From Candidatus Oleincola secundus (GTDB lineage: Bacteria; Atribacterota; Phoenicimicrobiia; Phoenicimicrobiales; Stramentimicrobiaceae), in the NCBI GenBank assembly GCA_018400815.1, contig JAGYLS010000009.1, positions 1 to 43,525 on the forward strand: DNA of 43,525 nt, read 5' to 3'. Within the stretch, counting starts at the first letter, position 1. Every line of letters begins with the position of its first letter. A program made the position numbers and the translations under genes. Shown piece after piece: positions 10,986-20,006 of the stretch. Below the pieces are notes generated by a model. It was not told the origin of the DNA. It searched no databases and saw only the letters and a program-made list of their open reading frames with translations.

Positions 10986-11345
10986 ATGTTAACTATTCCT
11001 TTCTTGATTTCCATTTTTATAAATGCAATAATAGGAACATTACCTGTATTGGGGCCCTTAATATCCGGATTTTTAATAGGAGCGATAGTCCGCAAGAAAA
11101 ATCTGGCCATGGTAGTCGGATTTATAGGGGCAATTATGGGAGGCGTATTTTGCCGGATATTTTTATTATACCCGGATAATGAATGGCATAAGTATTTATT
11201 GAATATTTTAGGAAGCCAGGTTGGACAATATGCCGGGATTATTATCAGGGGTAATATTTTTTTCTTTGCACTTTATTTTGGTCTGCTGGGTATACTGGGT
11301 GGATTTACAGGTGCTCTTGTTACTAATAGAATAAGAAAATCATAA
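10986..11345 (+). CDS. Small Gly-rich multi-TM membrane protein (DUF5518-like)
   Basis: LPVLGPLISGFLIG and repeated GxxxG helices. Confidence 0.65.
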   Translation: MLTIPFLISIFINAIIGTLPVLGPLISGFLIGAIVRKKNLAMVVGFIGAIMGGVFCRIFLLYPDNEWHKYLLNILGSQVGQYAGIIIRGNIFFFALYFGLLGILGGFTGALVTNRIRKS

Positions 11346-11390
11346 AAAAAATATAATGAATGTAAAAAACAAAAACTATAGGAGGCGAAA

Positions 11391-12338
11391 ATGTCTTTAG
11401 CAATTAATACTACCATTCCCGAGGGAATTGTGTTGGCAGCAGATAGCCGCCAATCCTACAGAAACCGAAAGGGGATGGCTAGAATAGGCAGTGATAATGC
11501 ATCAAAACTTTTCCAACTAAATCAAAGAATGGGTATAGCAGTAACCGGTCTGGCTTTTCTGCCTGACAATGGTGTTTTAAAAAGTATAAGTAGTTATATC
11601 AAGGAATTTATTAAAAGTAACCAGTTAGAGAAATATTCTGTGGAAAAGACAGCTGATAAAATAATTCGTTTATTTGATGCAAAATACGAATGGCAAAAGC
11701 AATTAGACCAGGCAAAAGAGCGGATTGAGAGAGATCTGGTTATAAAGAAATGCGAGATATTGGAAATAACAAAAAAAGAATCTTATATTGATTTTCGTTA
11801 CAAAGACCCACATGGGGTTACCAGAAACGGAATAGGCAGAGTTGACCCTATAAGTTTTATTATTGCCGGAGTGAATCAGGATGGTTCTCACCAGGTATTT
11901 ACCTGTCATATTCCCGGAGATAAAAAGAAAAACAGAGACAGTAAGGAAAGGGGACGCGAATACGGAGCAAGCTGGATTGGCCAGACAGATGTTGTTTCCC
12001 GGATAGTGCTGGGCTTTGACGGAAGGATTGGTAATTTGCCTTTTGTGGAACAAGCAAGCAAACAAACAGATAAGGATATAATTGGAAAGCAGCTGCGAAG
12101 CTTGGAATATGTTATCCAATGGGGAACGATGACTCTTCAGGATGCCATTGATTTCTGCACTTTAATGATTGAAACAACCTCAGCCATTCAGAGATTTTCA
12201 GATGGAATAAAGGCTAATCCCGGTGATCTGCCAGGGGTAGGAGGACCGGTAGAAATACTAACAATTACACCGGAAGAAGGATTTAAATGGGTACGCAAGA
12301 AGAAAATTATTGTTCATGACCATCTTAACATTGATTAA
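11391..12338 (+). CDS. Proteasome-beta/HslV-like Ntn-hydrolase homologue with N-terminal Ser
   Basis: After Met removal: S1...GIVLAAD17-S-R19...K38LF, GIAVTG, C-terminal VGGPVEILTIT. AGGAGG RBS. Confidence 0.7.
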   Translation: MSLAINTTIPEGIVLAADSRQSYRNRKGMARIGSDNASKLFQLNQRMGIAVTGLAFLPDNGVLKSISSYIKEFIKSNQLEKYSVEKTADKIIRLFDAKYEWQKQLDQAKERIERDLVIKKCEILEITKKESYIDFRYKDPHGVTRNGIGRVDPISFIIAGVNQDGSHQVFTCHIPGDKKKNRDSKERGREYGASWIGQTDVVSRIVLGFDGRIGNLPFVEQASKQTDKDIIGKQLRSLEYVIQWGTMTLQDAIDFCTLMIETTSAIQRFSDGIKANPGDLPGVGGPVEILTITPEEGFKWVRKKKIIVHDHLNID

Positions 12339-12383
12339 AAAAATTGTTTATGATATAAAAACATTTTTTATGTTAACTATTGG

Positions 12384-13802
12384 TTAGATAATATCAGGCA
12401 GTTCTTTAACTGCCTGCCGGAATGAATTGCCTCTGTCAAATTCATTTTGAAACATACCAAAACTGGTGGCAGAAGGGGATAGTAGGATATTAGTTCCAGG
12501 GACCGCTTTTTGATAAGTTATCCGGACCGCATCAGACAAGGAATTACAGGTCCGTATTTTATTTGCTAAACCAAGTTCATGCAGGTCTTTTAATATCATT
12601 TCCGATGCATCATACCGGGGATGTTTCAGAATAACCAGATATGAAATATTATCACTGTTTTTGATAGCTTGACACAGATGACTATATTTTAATTTTTTGT
12701 CTTTTCCGCCCAGAATCAGAATAATCGGTTTACTCGGGAAAGACTGGATTGCTGCTATTGTGGCCTCCGGAGTCGTTGCACAGGTATCATTATAAAAATT
12801 AATATTATTCAATGTCCTGATTTTCTCCAACCGGTCAGGAACACCGGTAAATGTTTGGATTCCCTCATTAATCTTATCTAAGGGAATATTCATGATATAA
12901 GAAACATTAGCAGCGGCCAGGGTATTGCTGATATTATGTTCTCCCGGAATAGGAATATCATTGATTCTACCAAATTCCACCGGCTTGTTTCTAAACTGAA
13001 AGAATAATTTGCCATCTTTCAGATAACTCCCCGGTGAAACCATTTTCTTTGTACTGAACCATAAAATCTCAGCAGATGTTTCATGAATAAGATTTTCTGT
13101 AACAGGGTTATCAAGGTTGGTAACCAGATAATCTGCTTTATCCAGATTTCTGCAGATTAATTTTTCCGAACAGGCATAATCATCAAAGCTGTCATACCGG
13201 TCCAGATGGTCAGGTAAGATATTGGTTAAAATTGCCACCTTCGGCTTACATTTTATTTGTTGAATGCCTTCCAACTGCCAGCTGGATATTTCCAGCAATA
13301 CCAGTGTTTCCGGTTTAATTTCAGGCAAGACATCAAAAACGGAGATACCAATATTCCCGGCATGGACAATATCTTTTCCCGCATGACAAAAAATGTGGTA
13401 AATTAAATCCGTTACAGTACTTTTACCCTTTGTCCCTCCAACAGCGATAAGGTTTTGGGAAGGACAAATCCTTAAAAACAGAGATAAGTCAGTTTCAATA
13501 GGGATACCATTCTCCCGGGCAATTTGCAGATATTTGGAATGATGAGGAACACCTGGATTCTGAATAATCATATCCCGGCCAATAAAATCTTCTATCCGAT
13601 GTCCGCCTAAAACATACTTAATATTATGATATTCCTTTAGTTCATCCAGGGACTTTTGCAGTTCTCTTTCTGTTTTCAGGTCGGTTACCAGCACCTCTGC
13701 TCCAGCTTCAGTCAAAAACCGGGCAACACCCAATCCTCCCCGATTCAAGCCCAGTCCCATTACAGTAATTTTTTTATTCTTTAAGTTTACTAATTCGTTC
13801 AT
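12384..13802 (-). CDS. murD: UDP-N-acetylmuramoyl-L-alanine--D-glutamate ligase
   Basis: MGLG, NPGVP, GTKGKST, GNIG, LEISSWQL, DHLDRY, ND..AT, LLSPSATSFGMF. Confidence 0.95.
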   Translation of the reverse strand: MNELVNLKNKKITVMGLGLNRGGLGVARFLTEAGAEVLVTDLKTERELQKSLDELKEYHNIKYVLGGHRIEDFIGRDMIIQNPGVPHHSKYLQIARENGIPIETDLSLFLRICPSQNLIAVGGTKGKSTVTDLIYHIFCHAGKDIVHAGNIGISVFDVLPEIKPETLVLLEISSWQLEGIQQIKCKPKVAILTNILPDHLDRYDSFDDYACSEKLICRNLDKADYLVTNLDNPVTENLIHETSAEILWFSTKKMVSPGSYLKDGKLFFQFRNKPVEFGRINDIPIPGEHNISNTLAAANVSYIMNIPLDKINEGIQTFTGVPDRLEKIRTLNNINFYNDTCATTPEATIAAIQSFPSKPIILILGGKDKKLKYSHLCQAIKNSDNISYLVILKHPRYDASEMILKDLHELGLANKIRTCNSLSDAVRITYQKAVPGTNILLSPSATSFGMFQNEFDRGNSFRQAVKELPDII

Positions 13803-13885
13803 ACTTATTATTATAAAGGAAAATCATGGTTATAGAAATACTAACGCTGAAAAGAAATTATACTAAAAATATAAGTTTATCGTTT

Positions 13886-14042
13886 TTAGTTTTTTGTTTT
13901 TAGAAAAAATCAAGAACTCAGGATGTTTGGATTATTGGAATATTGCAATTTTGGCTCTTTATTAGGTTTTAGTGTTATACGATGTACCATATATGAATTT
14001 TTCACCCAATACGCACGACGCAATACTTATTTGTCATTGCGA
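13886..14042 (+). repeat. ~160-bp direct repeat, copy 1 (left of AAA ATPase gene)
   Basis: Matches 15457-15619 except for one T in a T-run and a 7-nt CAATACG unit that is extra in copy 2. Confidence 0.95.
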
Positions 14043-14066
14043 GGAGCGCAGCGACGAAGCAATCTC
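14033..14066 (+). repeat. REP/RPE-like palindromic unit GTCATTGCGAG...CGAAGCAATCTC
   Basis: gtcattgcgaggagcgcagcgacgaagcaatctc; ATTGC/GCAAT arms; variant at 15733-15769. Confidence 0.7.
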
Positions 14067-14141
14067 ATCCAATTATACTTGCATATTATAACTATGATTA
14101 TAAACAATTTTGACTATTTTCTAGTCTATTCGAAAAAAGTC

Positions 14142-14170
14142 TTGACTATTTTCGACTACAGTAATAATAT
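14142..14170 (+). promoter_or_regulatory. sigma70-type promoter, probably giving a leaderless mRNA
   Basis: TTGACT-17 nt-TAATAT, ATG 14178 follows after 7 nt, no SD. TTGACTATTTTC is repeated at 14110 and 14142. Confidence 0.55.
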
Positions 14171-14177
14171 GGTTATT

Positions 14178-15395
14178 ATGAAAGAAAGATTTATTTATCA
14201 GAAAATATGGGAAAAATTATCCTCTTATAAAAATTTAGTACTCTTGTCTGGTCCCAGGCAGAGCGGGAAAACAACCCTGGCAAAAATTATTTCCCGCAAT
14301 TACACCAATAAAATATATTACAATTGGGATGACATTCCAAGTAAAAGAAAATTAATTCAGGACCCTTATTTTTTTGAAAAAATAGATAGAGTAGATAATT
14401 CTATTCCCCTGGTAATTCTTGATGAGATACATAAATACAGCAACTGGAAAAATTATCTCAAAGGTGTTTATGACCGATTTGCAAAGGAATATCAATTCTT
14501 GGTAACTGGTAGCGGTAGGTTAGATTTATACCAAAAAGGCGTAGATTCTTTAGCCGGCAGATATTTAAAATTTCAGCTTTTGCCCTTTACTTATTCAGAA
14601 GCAACAAATAAAAAGAAACAGTTTGAAGATTTTTATAATAACCCATTTCTTTTTCAGGACGATGATAAAACTGATTATGATTTGTGGGAAAGTTTTTTTG
14701 AGCTCAGTGGATTTCCGGAACCTTTATTAAAGGGGGAGAAAGATTTTTATCGATTATGGTCAAAAAACTATCAGCAGCAATTAATTCGGGAAGATATCAG
14801 GGATCTCACCCAAATAAAAAAATTAGATTCCTTAGAGATTCTTTATTCTCTATTGCCAACGAAAATTGGAAGCCCACTTTCTTTAAGCTCATTGCATAGA
14901 GAGGTTCAGGTTACCGTTGATAGCGTTAAAACCTGGATAGAAGTATTTGAAAATTATTATCTTGTATTTAGAATATCACCATGGACACATAAAATTTCTC
15001 GTGCGATTAAAAAGGATAAAAAATTATATCTTTTTGATTATGTGCAAATAAATAACCCCGGTGCCCGTTTTGAGAATATGATTGCTTTAGAATTGTTCCG
15101 AGCAATATTAAACTGGAATAATTTAGGATTAGGAGATTTTTCCTTAAACTATATAAGAAATAAAGAGAAAGAAGAAGTAGATTTTCTTATCTGTGAAAAG
15201 AACAAGCCATTATTGCTAATTGAATGCAAATTGTCAGATGAAAATATTACAAATAGTTTAATAAAATTTCAAAATAGGCTTAATATTCCGGCCATCCAAC
15301 TGATAAATAAAAAACATATTGGAAGAATTATTACTAATCAAAAAAATAAAATACTAATTATTTCAGCTCCAAGATGGTTGTCTTTCTTACCATAG
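14178..15395 (+). CDS. AAA_14 ATPase with DUF4143-type C-terminal domain; start revised from 13923
   Basis: GPRQSGKTT, LDEIHK, VTGS, SGFPE, KKLYLFD, EVDFL...IECK (PD-(D/E)xK-like). Confidence 0.88.
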   Translation: MKERFIYQKIWEKLSSYKNLVLLSGPRQSGKTTLAKIISRNYTNKIYYNWDDIPSKRKLIQDPYFFEKIDRVDNSIPLVILDEIHKYSNWKNYLKGVYDRFAKEYQFLVTGSGRLDLYQKGVDSLAGRYLKFQLLPFTYSEATNKKKQFEDFYNNPFLFQDDDKTDYDLWESFFELSGFPEPLLKGEKDFYRLWSKNYQQQLIREDIRDLTQIKKLDSLEILYSLLPTKIGSPLSLSSLHREVQVTVDSVKTWIEVFENYYLVFRISPWTHKISRAIKKDKKLYLFDYVQINNPGARFENMIALELFRAILNWNNLGLGDFSLNYIRNKEKEEVDFLICEKNKPLLLIECKLSDENITNSLIKFQNRLNIPAIQLINKKHIGRIITNQKNKILIISAPRWLSFLP

Positions 15396-15456
15396 AAATT
15401 TTTTAAATAATTCCTGCCATACAGTAGTCATAATCAAATGTTATTATAAATAGTTA

Positions 15457-15619
15457 TTAGTTTTTGTTTTTAGAAAAAATCAAGAACTCAGGATGTTTGG
15501 ATTATTGGAATATTGCAATTTTGGCTCTTTATTAGGTTTTAGTGTTATACGATGTACCATATATGAATTTTTCACCCAATACGCAATACGCACGACGCAA
15601 TACTTATTTGTCATTGCGA
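15457..15619 (+). repeat. ~160-bp direct repeat, copy 2 (right of AAA ATPase gene)
   Basis: See copy 1. Followed by degenerate ~20-26-nt units ending CTCCC and a second REP-like unit at 15733-15769. Confidence 0.95.
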
Positions 15620-16540
15620 TAAGTTCTTTTCTCCCTACCGTTGCACAGATACTTCTCTCCCGTAATTACGATTATTCTCCCTGCCTTTGCACGGACATTC
15701 CCCTCCCGTCATTGCTAGGTTTTATTTTTTTTGTTATTGCGAGCCAATTTTAATTGGCGAAGCAATCTCATCCACTTATAAAATAGTATCGAGTATGTAG
15801 TAAAAGAAATTTAAAAATAGCAATCATTATCAGTTTTCTTTATTCACAAGCTATCTTCTCATCTTTTAACTGCTTCTTAATTCTCCTGATCCACTTTAAT
15901 GATTCCTGCCTGGTCAGGGCATTTGTTTTTATCTTTTGATAGTAAAAACAAAAGGTGTCTATAATTGAAAAATAACACCCCGCTAAATTGATAATAGAAT
16001 GATCTGATTAACCAGGATAATCAAATCACTTTCTTTATGCCAGAATAATCACCTATGGCCGAAGGAGTATTTGTGGCTTTAGGGGTTTGTTCAGGACAAT
16101 AATTTTATCCGGGTTACTTACCATGAGCTGTTTTAGCAAAAAATAAAGTTGTCAATAATAAAGATTTGACCCCCTATTCCTTCTTATCCGGAATTATTAA
16201 ATTTTTGGTCTTTTTATTGGATATATTTTGCTTTTTATTCATAATTGTTGAAATATGAATATTTATAAACTTTTTTATTTTAACATTAAAAATAAGTCCT
16301 CTCAAGTTTTAGTTTTTTCATGGTAATTGGCCTCACCTGTCAAGGCCTAACCCCAATCCCTCTATAGGAGGAAGAAATTCACCTACCAGGAATTATCTTA
16401 TCTCAGTTGACAAAAGCTGCTAAAGGAGGCAAATGATTGAAAATTATTGTTTTACATAAAATTTACAGAAAATTGATTGTTGTTTTACTTTTCTTTGTTA
16501 TTGTTTAACCAGTAGAAAATTAAAAAAGGAGGAATATTTT

Positions 16541-16921
16541 ATGAAAATGAACAAAAAACATTCAGTTGGAATGGTGTCGGTGTTGTTAATTGCTTCCTTG
16601 TTCTTGCTCGCTTCCTGTGGAGGTGGGGGATTATCCCAGGAGGAAGCAGATCAAATTAAGTCAAGCATCCAGAATATCAGGGATAGAGTTTCTGAAATGG
16701 AAGGTAAATTAGAGGCACTCAAAGAAACAGATGAAGAAGAAATCCGAGAAACTGCTGAAACAACAGCTAGTGATGTTTTAGAGGAAATATCAGAAATATC
16801 TTCGAGATTAGCTGAAATCGAAGAACGTCTTGAAGAAGCCGAACCAGAAGAAATGCCGCAGGAAGGTGCTCCACCAGCTCAACCAGGACAGCCAGGACAA
16901 CCAGCTATGCCACCAGGATAG
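16541..16921 (+). CDS. Acidic coiled-coil lipoprotein with Pro/Gln-rich tail
   Basis: Lipobox LAS|C, poly-Gly linker, heptad-like E-rich helices, PGQPGQP tail. AGGAGG RBS. Confidence 0.8.
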   Translation: MKMNKKHSVGMVSVLLIASLFLLASCGGGGLSQEEADQIKSSIQNIRDRVSEMEGKLEALKETDEEEIRETAETTASDVLEEISEISSRLAEIEERLEEAEPEEMPQEGAPPAQPGQPGQPAMPPG

Positions 16922-16930
16922 TAAAAAATA

Positions 16931-16970
16931 TGAAGTTCGGAGGTCTGAGCTTTCAGGCCTCCGAACTTCA
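16931..16970 (+). terminator. Strong stem-loop after the lipoprotein gene (terminator or mRNA stabiliser)
   Basis: tgaagttcggagg...cctccgaacttca perfect arms; no T-tract on the + strand. Confidence 0.65.
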
Positions 16971-17046
16971 TCCATTAAATACTACTCTATAATAATTATA
17001 TACAAAGCGAAAATATAAAAAATCAGAAGGAGGACATTTTATTTTT

Positions 17047-17811
17047 ATGATGTGTAAAAAATTGATACCTATTATGTGTGTATTGCTATTATTTGCCTCA
17101 CCGATATGGGCTCAGGAAGTTTCTGAGGAAGAGGCAGCTCAGGAAGGACTTTCCTTTCAGGAATCCGCTCAACAGTCGGAGGAACAGATTGTTGCTGAAG
17201 TAAATGGTGAAAATATACATAGAGAAGAATTACAACAAAAAAGCAATCTTCAATTGATAAACCAGCAATTATTTCAAATAGATCAAAAATTTGCTCAATT
17301 CCTTAATTACTCAGAAGAGGGACAGGAATTCCTCGAAGCGTACAATAGGCATGTGCTAGATGATCTGATTAATGAGGTTCTGCTTAAACAGGAGGCCGAG
17401 AGAAGAGGGATAGAGGTTACTGAAGAAGATGAAGATTATTATTTTGAGCAACATATAAATTCCATAAAAGAGCAGCAGGGGCTTAGTGAAGAAGAGATAT
17501 TGGAAGCACTGCAACGACAGCAGGTGGAATCACTAGATGAATACCAGGAGATCTTTGTGGAAAATAGTAATCTACTGGTTCAGAAACTAACTGAGGAAGT
17601 AGCTGCTGATATAGAGATAACTGATGAAATGGCTAGAGAAGTTTATGAGCAGAACAAAGGGCAATTTACCGATCAGGAAGGTAATGTTGCTTCGTTTGAA
17701 GATATCAAAGAACAGCTCAAAGCCCAGATTGTACAGCAGGAAGAAGCCAATTTATTAAATGATTTTACAAAAGAGTTAAGAGAAAAAGCTGAGATAGAAA
17801 TATTATTCTGA
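17047..17811 (+). CDS. SurA N-terminal/PrsA-like exported chaperone without an evident parvulin domain
   Basis: Signal peptide, VAEVNGENI, LDDLINEVLLKQEAERRGI, C-terminal LREKAEIEI. Confidence 0.8.
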   Translation: MMCKKLIPIMCVLLLFASPIWAQEVSEEEAAQEGLSFQESAQQSEEQIVAEVNGENIHREELQQKSNLQLINQQLFQIDQKFAQFLNYSEEGQEFLEAYNRHVLDDLINEVLLKQEAERRGIEVTEEDEDYYFEQHINSIKEQQGLSEEEILEALQRQQVESLDEYQEIFVENSNLLVQKLTEEVAADIEITDEMAREVYEQNKGQFTDQEGNVASFEDIKEQLKAQIVQQEEANLLNDFTKELREKAEIEILF

Positions 17812-17853
17812 AAATAAAATAGAAAAATAATAAAATAATGAGACAAAAAAATA

Positions 17854-17928
17854 TTATGAGATACTGTCAATAGGTGTGAGCAGGAAAAAATCATATATTT
17901 TAGAAGATTAATTAACAGTATCTCATAA
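17854..17928. repeat. 18-bp inverted repeat (17/18 match) around a 39-nt spacer
   Basis: ttatgagatactgtcaat ... attaacagtatctcataa. Confidence 0.75.
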
Positions 17929-18058
17929 AAATACTTTGAGGCAACAATATAGTTTTCGACCTCATTAAATAATCAAATTTGACACATCAAAAAATATATG
18001 AAAAAATTTTGATTACGGTGTTCAAAATGCACAAATAAAACAATAAAATTCTCAGGAG

Positions 18059-18757
18059 GTGTTGAAAATTAGATTAAGAGAAAATTTAACGTTAATCAGT
18101 TTACTGGTATTATTGCTGATAATAGGGGCAGCTCCACTTAATGCTCAGGACAGTTTTAGTGATCTTCCCCTCGAAAACCTGGAGAACCCCACTGAAGTAT
18201 CAGAACTACTAGCTAATTTCTCCAGACTGGAATTCAGATTTAGGGAATTTGAAAACGGAGACTTAACCCAAGAGACAGAGATAAAGTATCAATTTGTGGG
18301 AAAAGAAGAAGTTCAGGGTACCCAGGCCGATAAGGTTATCCTGAGAGGAAAAGGAATCGACTCTATAGACATTTGGCTTGACCAGGGCAAAATCGTACAG
18401 ATAGAAGTAGACGGTGAGCGTATTCCGGCTCAGATGGCTGATATGATAAAAGAGGAAATGTTTCAAGCCATGTTTTTCCCCTTTTATTATGTAGATCACC
18501 TTAATCTGAAAACTTTGGAAGAAAAAGGAGTAACCCAGGTCAGTAAAAGCCGGGAAATGATAGGAGATACGGAAGTCGATATTATTAGGATAGAATTAGA
18601 AAAATTATACAATATCGAGATAGAGGAATTTGAACTTGAATCAGGAATCTTGAGGATTGCCGAATTTGAAAATTTTCTAATGATAGCCGGGTATGAAATA
18701 AAGACTATCGATAATGAGGAATTCAATTTTGAAGTTGAAATGGTAGAATTGCGCTAA
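18059..18757 (+). CDS. Exported acidic hypothetical protein
   Basis: AGGAGG RBS, signal peptide ending LNA|Q, beta-rich E-rich body. Hairpin 18735-18771 overlaps the stop. Confidence 0.7.
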   Translation: MLKIRLRENLTLISLLVLLLIIGAAPLNAQDSFSDLPLENLENPTEVSELLANFSRLEFRFREFENGDLTQETEIKYQFVGKEEVQGTQADKVILRGKGIDSIDIWLDQGKIVQIEVDGERIPAQMADMIKEEMFQAMFFPFYYVDHLNLKTLEEKGVTQVSKSREMIGDTEVDIIRIELEKLYNIEIEEFELESGILRIAEFENFLMIAGYEIKTIDNEEFNFEVEMVELR

Positions 18758-18939
18758 TTTCACCATTTCAATATTGATTATAAAGGGGAAAAAAATAGTA
18801 ATATAAAATTAAATTCTATTATATAGAAAGATAAACTAATAAATAGGCTGGTATGTTATGTATAAAATTGCCAAAATAAGAACAATCAGAAAGTAATTTA
18901 CGGTATTTTTTTAAAAAAACGGCATTAAGGAGGTAAAAC

Positions 18940-19524
18940 ATGAAAAAAATAAAATGTTTGTTTTGGTTTATTCTTATAATGATCTTAACAACTGCAATAA
19001 CCATTACAGTAACAGCATCACCAAAAAAACTAATTGAACAGTCATTACAACATTTAGAACAACAGGATTACAATATGGCCACTGACTCACTGGAAGAAGC
19101 CTTGCTGTTAATCCACGAAAAGGCACAATTAGAGTTAGTGAATGTTCAATTCACCGAAGAGAAAGCAACAGGATTTGGCATGTACCAGAAACGCAAAGAT
19201 GCAAAGTTTGCTCAGGGAGAAACATTTTATATTTATGCGGAACCTAAAAATTATTCTATAAAAGAAGATGAGCAAGGACTATTTGAAATTCATTTTAAGC
19301 AAGATCTTTATATTATGGATATGGAAGGGGATATTCTTTGGGGTCAGAAAGATTATCTGGACTTTCATGTTCTCTCTCACAACCCTAACCGTGAATTGCA
19401 TATTACTAATACCACTACCCAAGAGAGTCCTTTTCCTAAAGGGGAATACCAATTTCGAATGGTTCTAACTGATGTTCTTAGCCAAAAAACAGTTGAAAAA
19501 ACTATTGACTTTATTATTGAATAG
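18940..19524 (+). CDS. Exported hypothetical protein (helical hairpin plus beta-sandwich-like domain)
   Basis: AAGGAGG RBS, signal peptide, PKGEYQFRMVLTD C-terminal strands. Confidence 0.7.
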   Translation: MKKIKCLFWFILIMILTTAITITVTASPKKLIEQSLQHLEQQDYNMATDSLEEALLLIHEKAQLELVNVQFTEEKATGFGMYQKRKDAKFAQGETFYIYAEPKNYSIKEDEQGLFEIHFKQDLYIMDMEGDILWGQKDYLDFHVLSHNPNRELHITNTTTQESPFPKGEYQFRMVLTDVLSQKTVEKTIDFIIE

Positions 19525-19590
19525 ATAAAAACTGATTAATAGTTTAAGAAAAACAGATCGGGATGGCTAATTTGGGGAATAATCATAACC

Positions 19591-19636
19591 AACGAAATAG
19601 GGGAGAGTAAAAAAACTCTCCCCTATTTCGTTTTTC
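19591..19636 (+). terminator. Rho-independent terminator
   Basis: aacgaaataggggagagt/actctcccctatttcgtt 18-bp stem ending in a T-run. Confidence 0.85.
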
Positions 19637-20006
19637 AGAGAAATCGGTCAGTGGACGATCCTTTTTATACAAACCAGGGGACGGTCCTTTGACACGCTAT
19701 TGATCAATTTTTTAGATGTAAAGGAAATAAGTTAAAAGATAATCATCAATTTTAAGGTAATCTAAAGAATTAAGCCTGTTGAAATATAAGCTTCACTCCT
19801 TCTTGCAAGTTATTTTTTCATCCTTCATATTTTTTTAAATCCCACAAATCCTCTATTTGAGTTAAATAGGAAATAAATTTAATTTTAAATATAAGATAAA
19901 AAAATTTTAGTTTTTTTGAAAGAAAATGATTCTTTATTGCGTATATATAAGTGAAGGTAGGAATACCAGATAAATATCAAAAAAAATAGAAGGAGATTAA
20001 TAAATT

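Noticed and set aside
13923..14177. 85-aa N-terminal extension of the AAA ATPase in the ORF track
   Set aside because: It translates the direct repeat and REP unit. Promoter position and domain start point to ATG 14178 (or 14169).
15493..15753. 86-aa ORF with the same N-terminus as the 13923 ORF
   Set aside because: By-product of repeat copy 2 and micro-repeats; no recognisable domain.
15830..16130. Possible minus-strand gene remnant (...TRQESLKWIRRIKKQLKDEKIACE*)
   Set aside because: No start codon in the open stretch and no family recognised.
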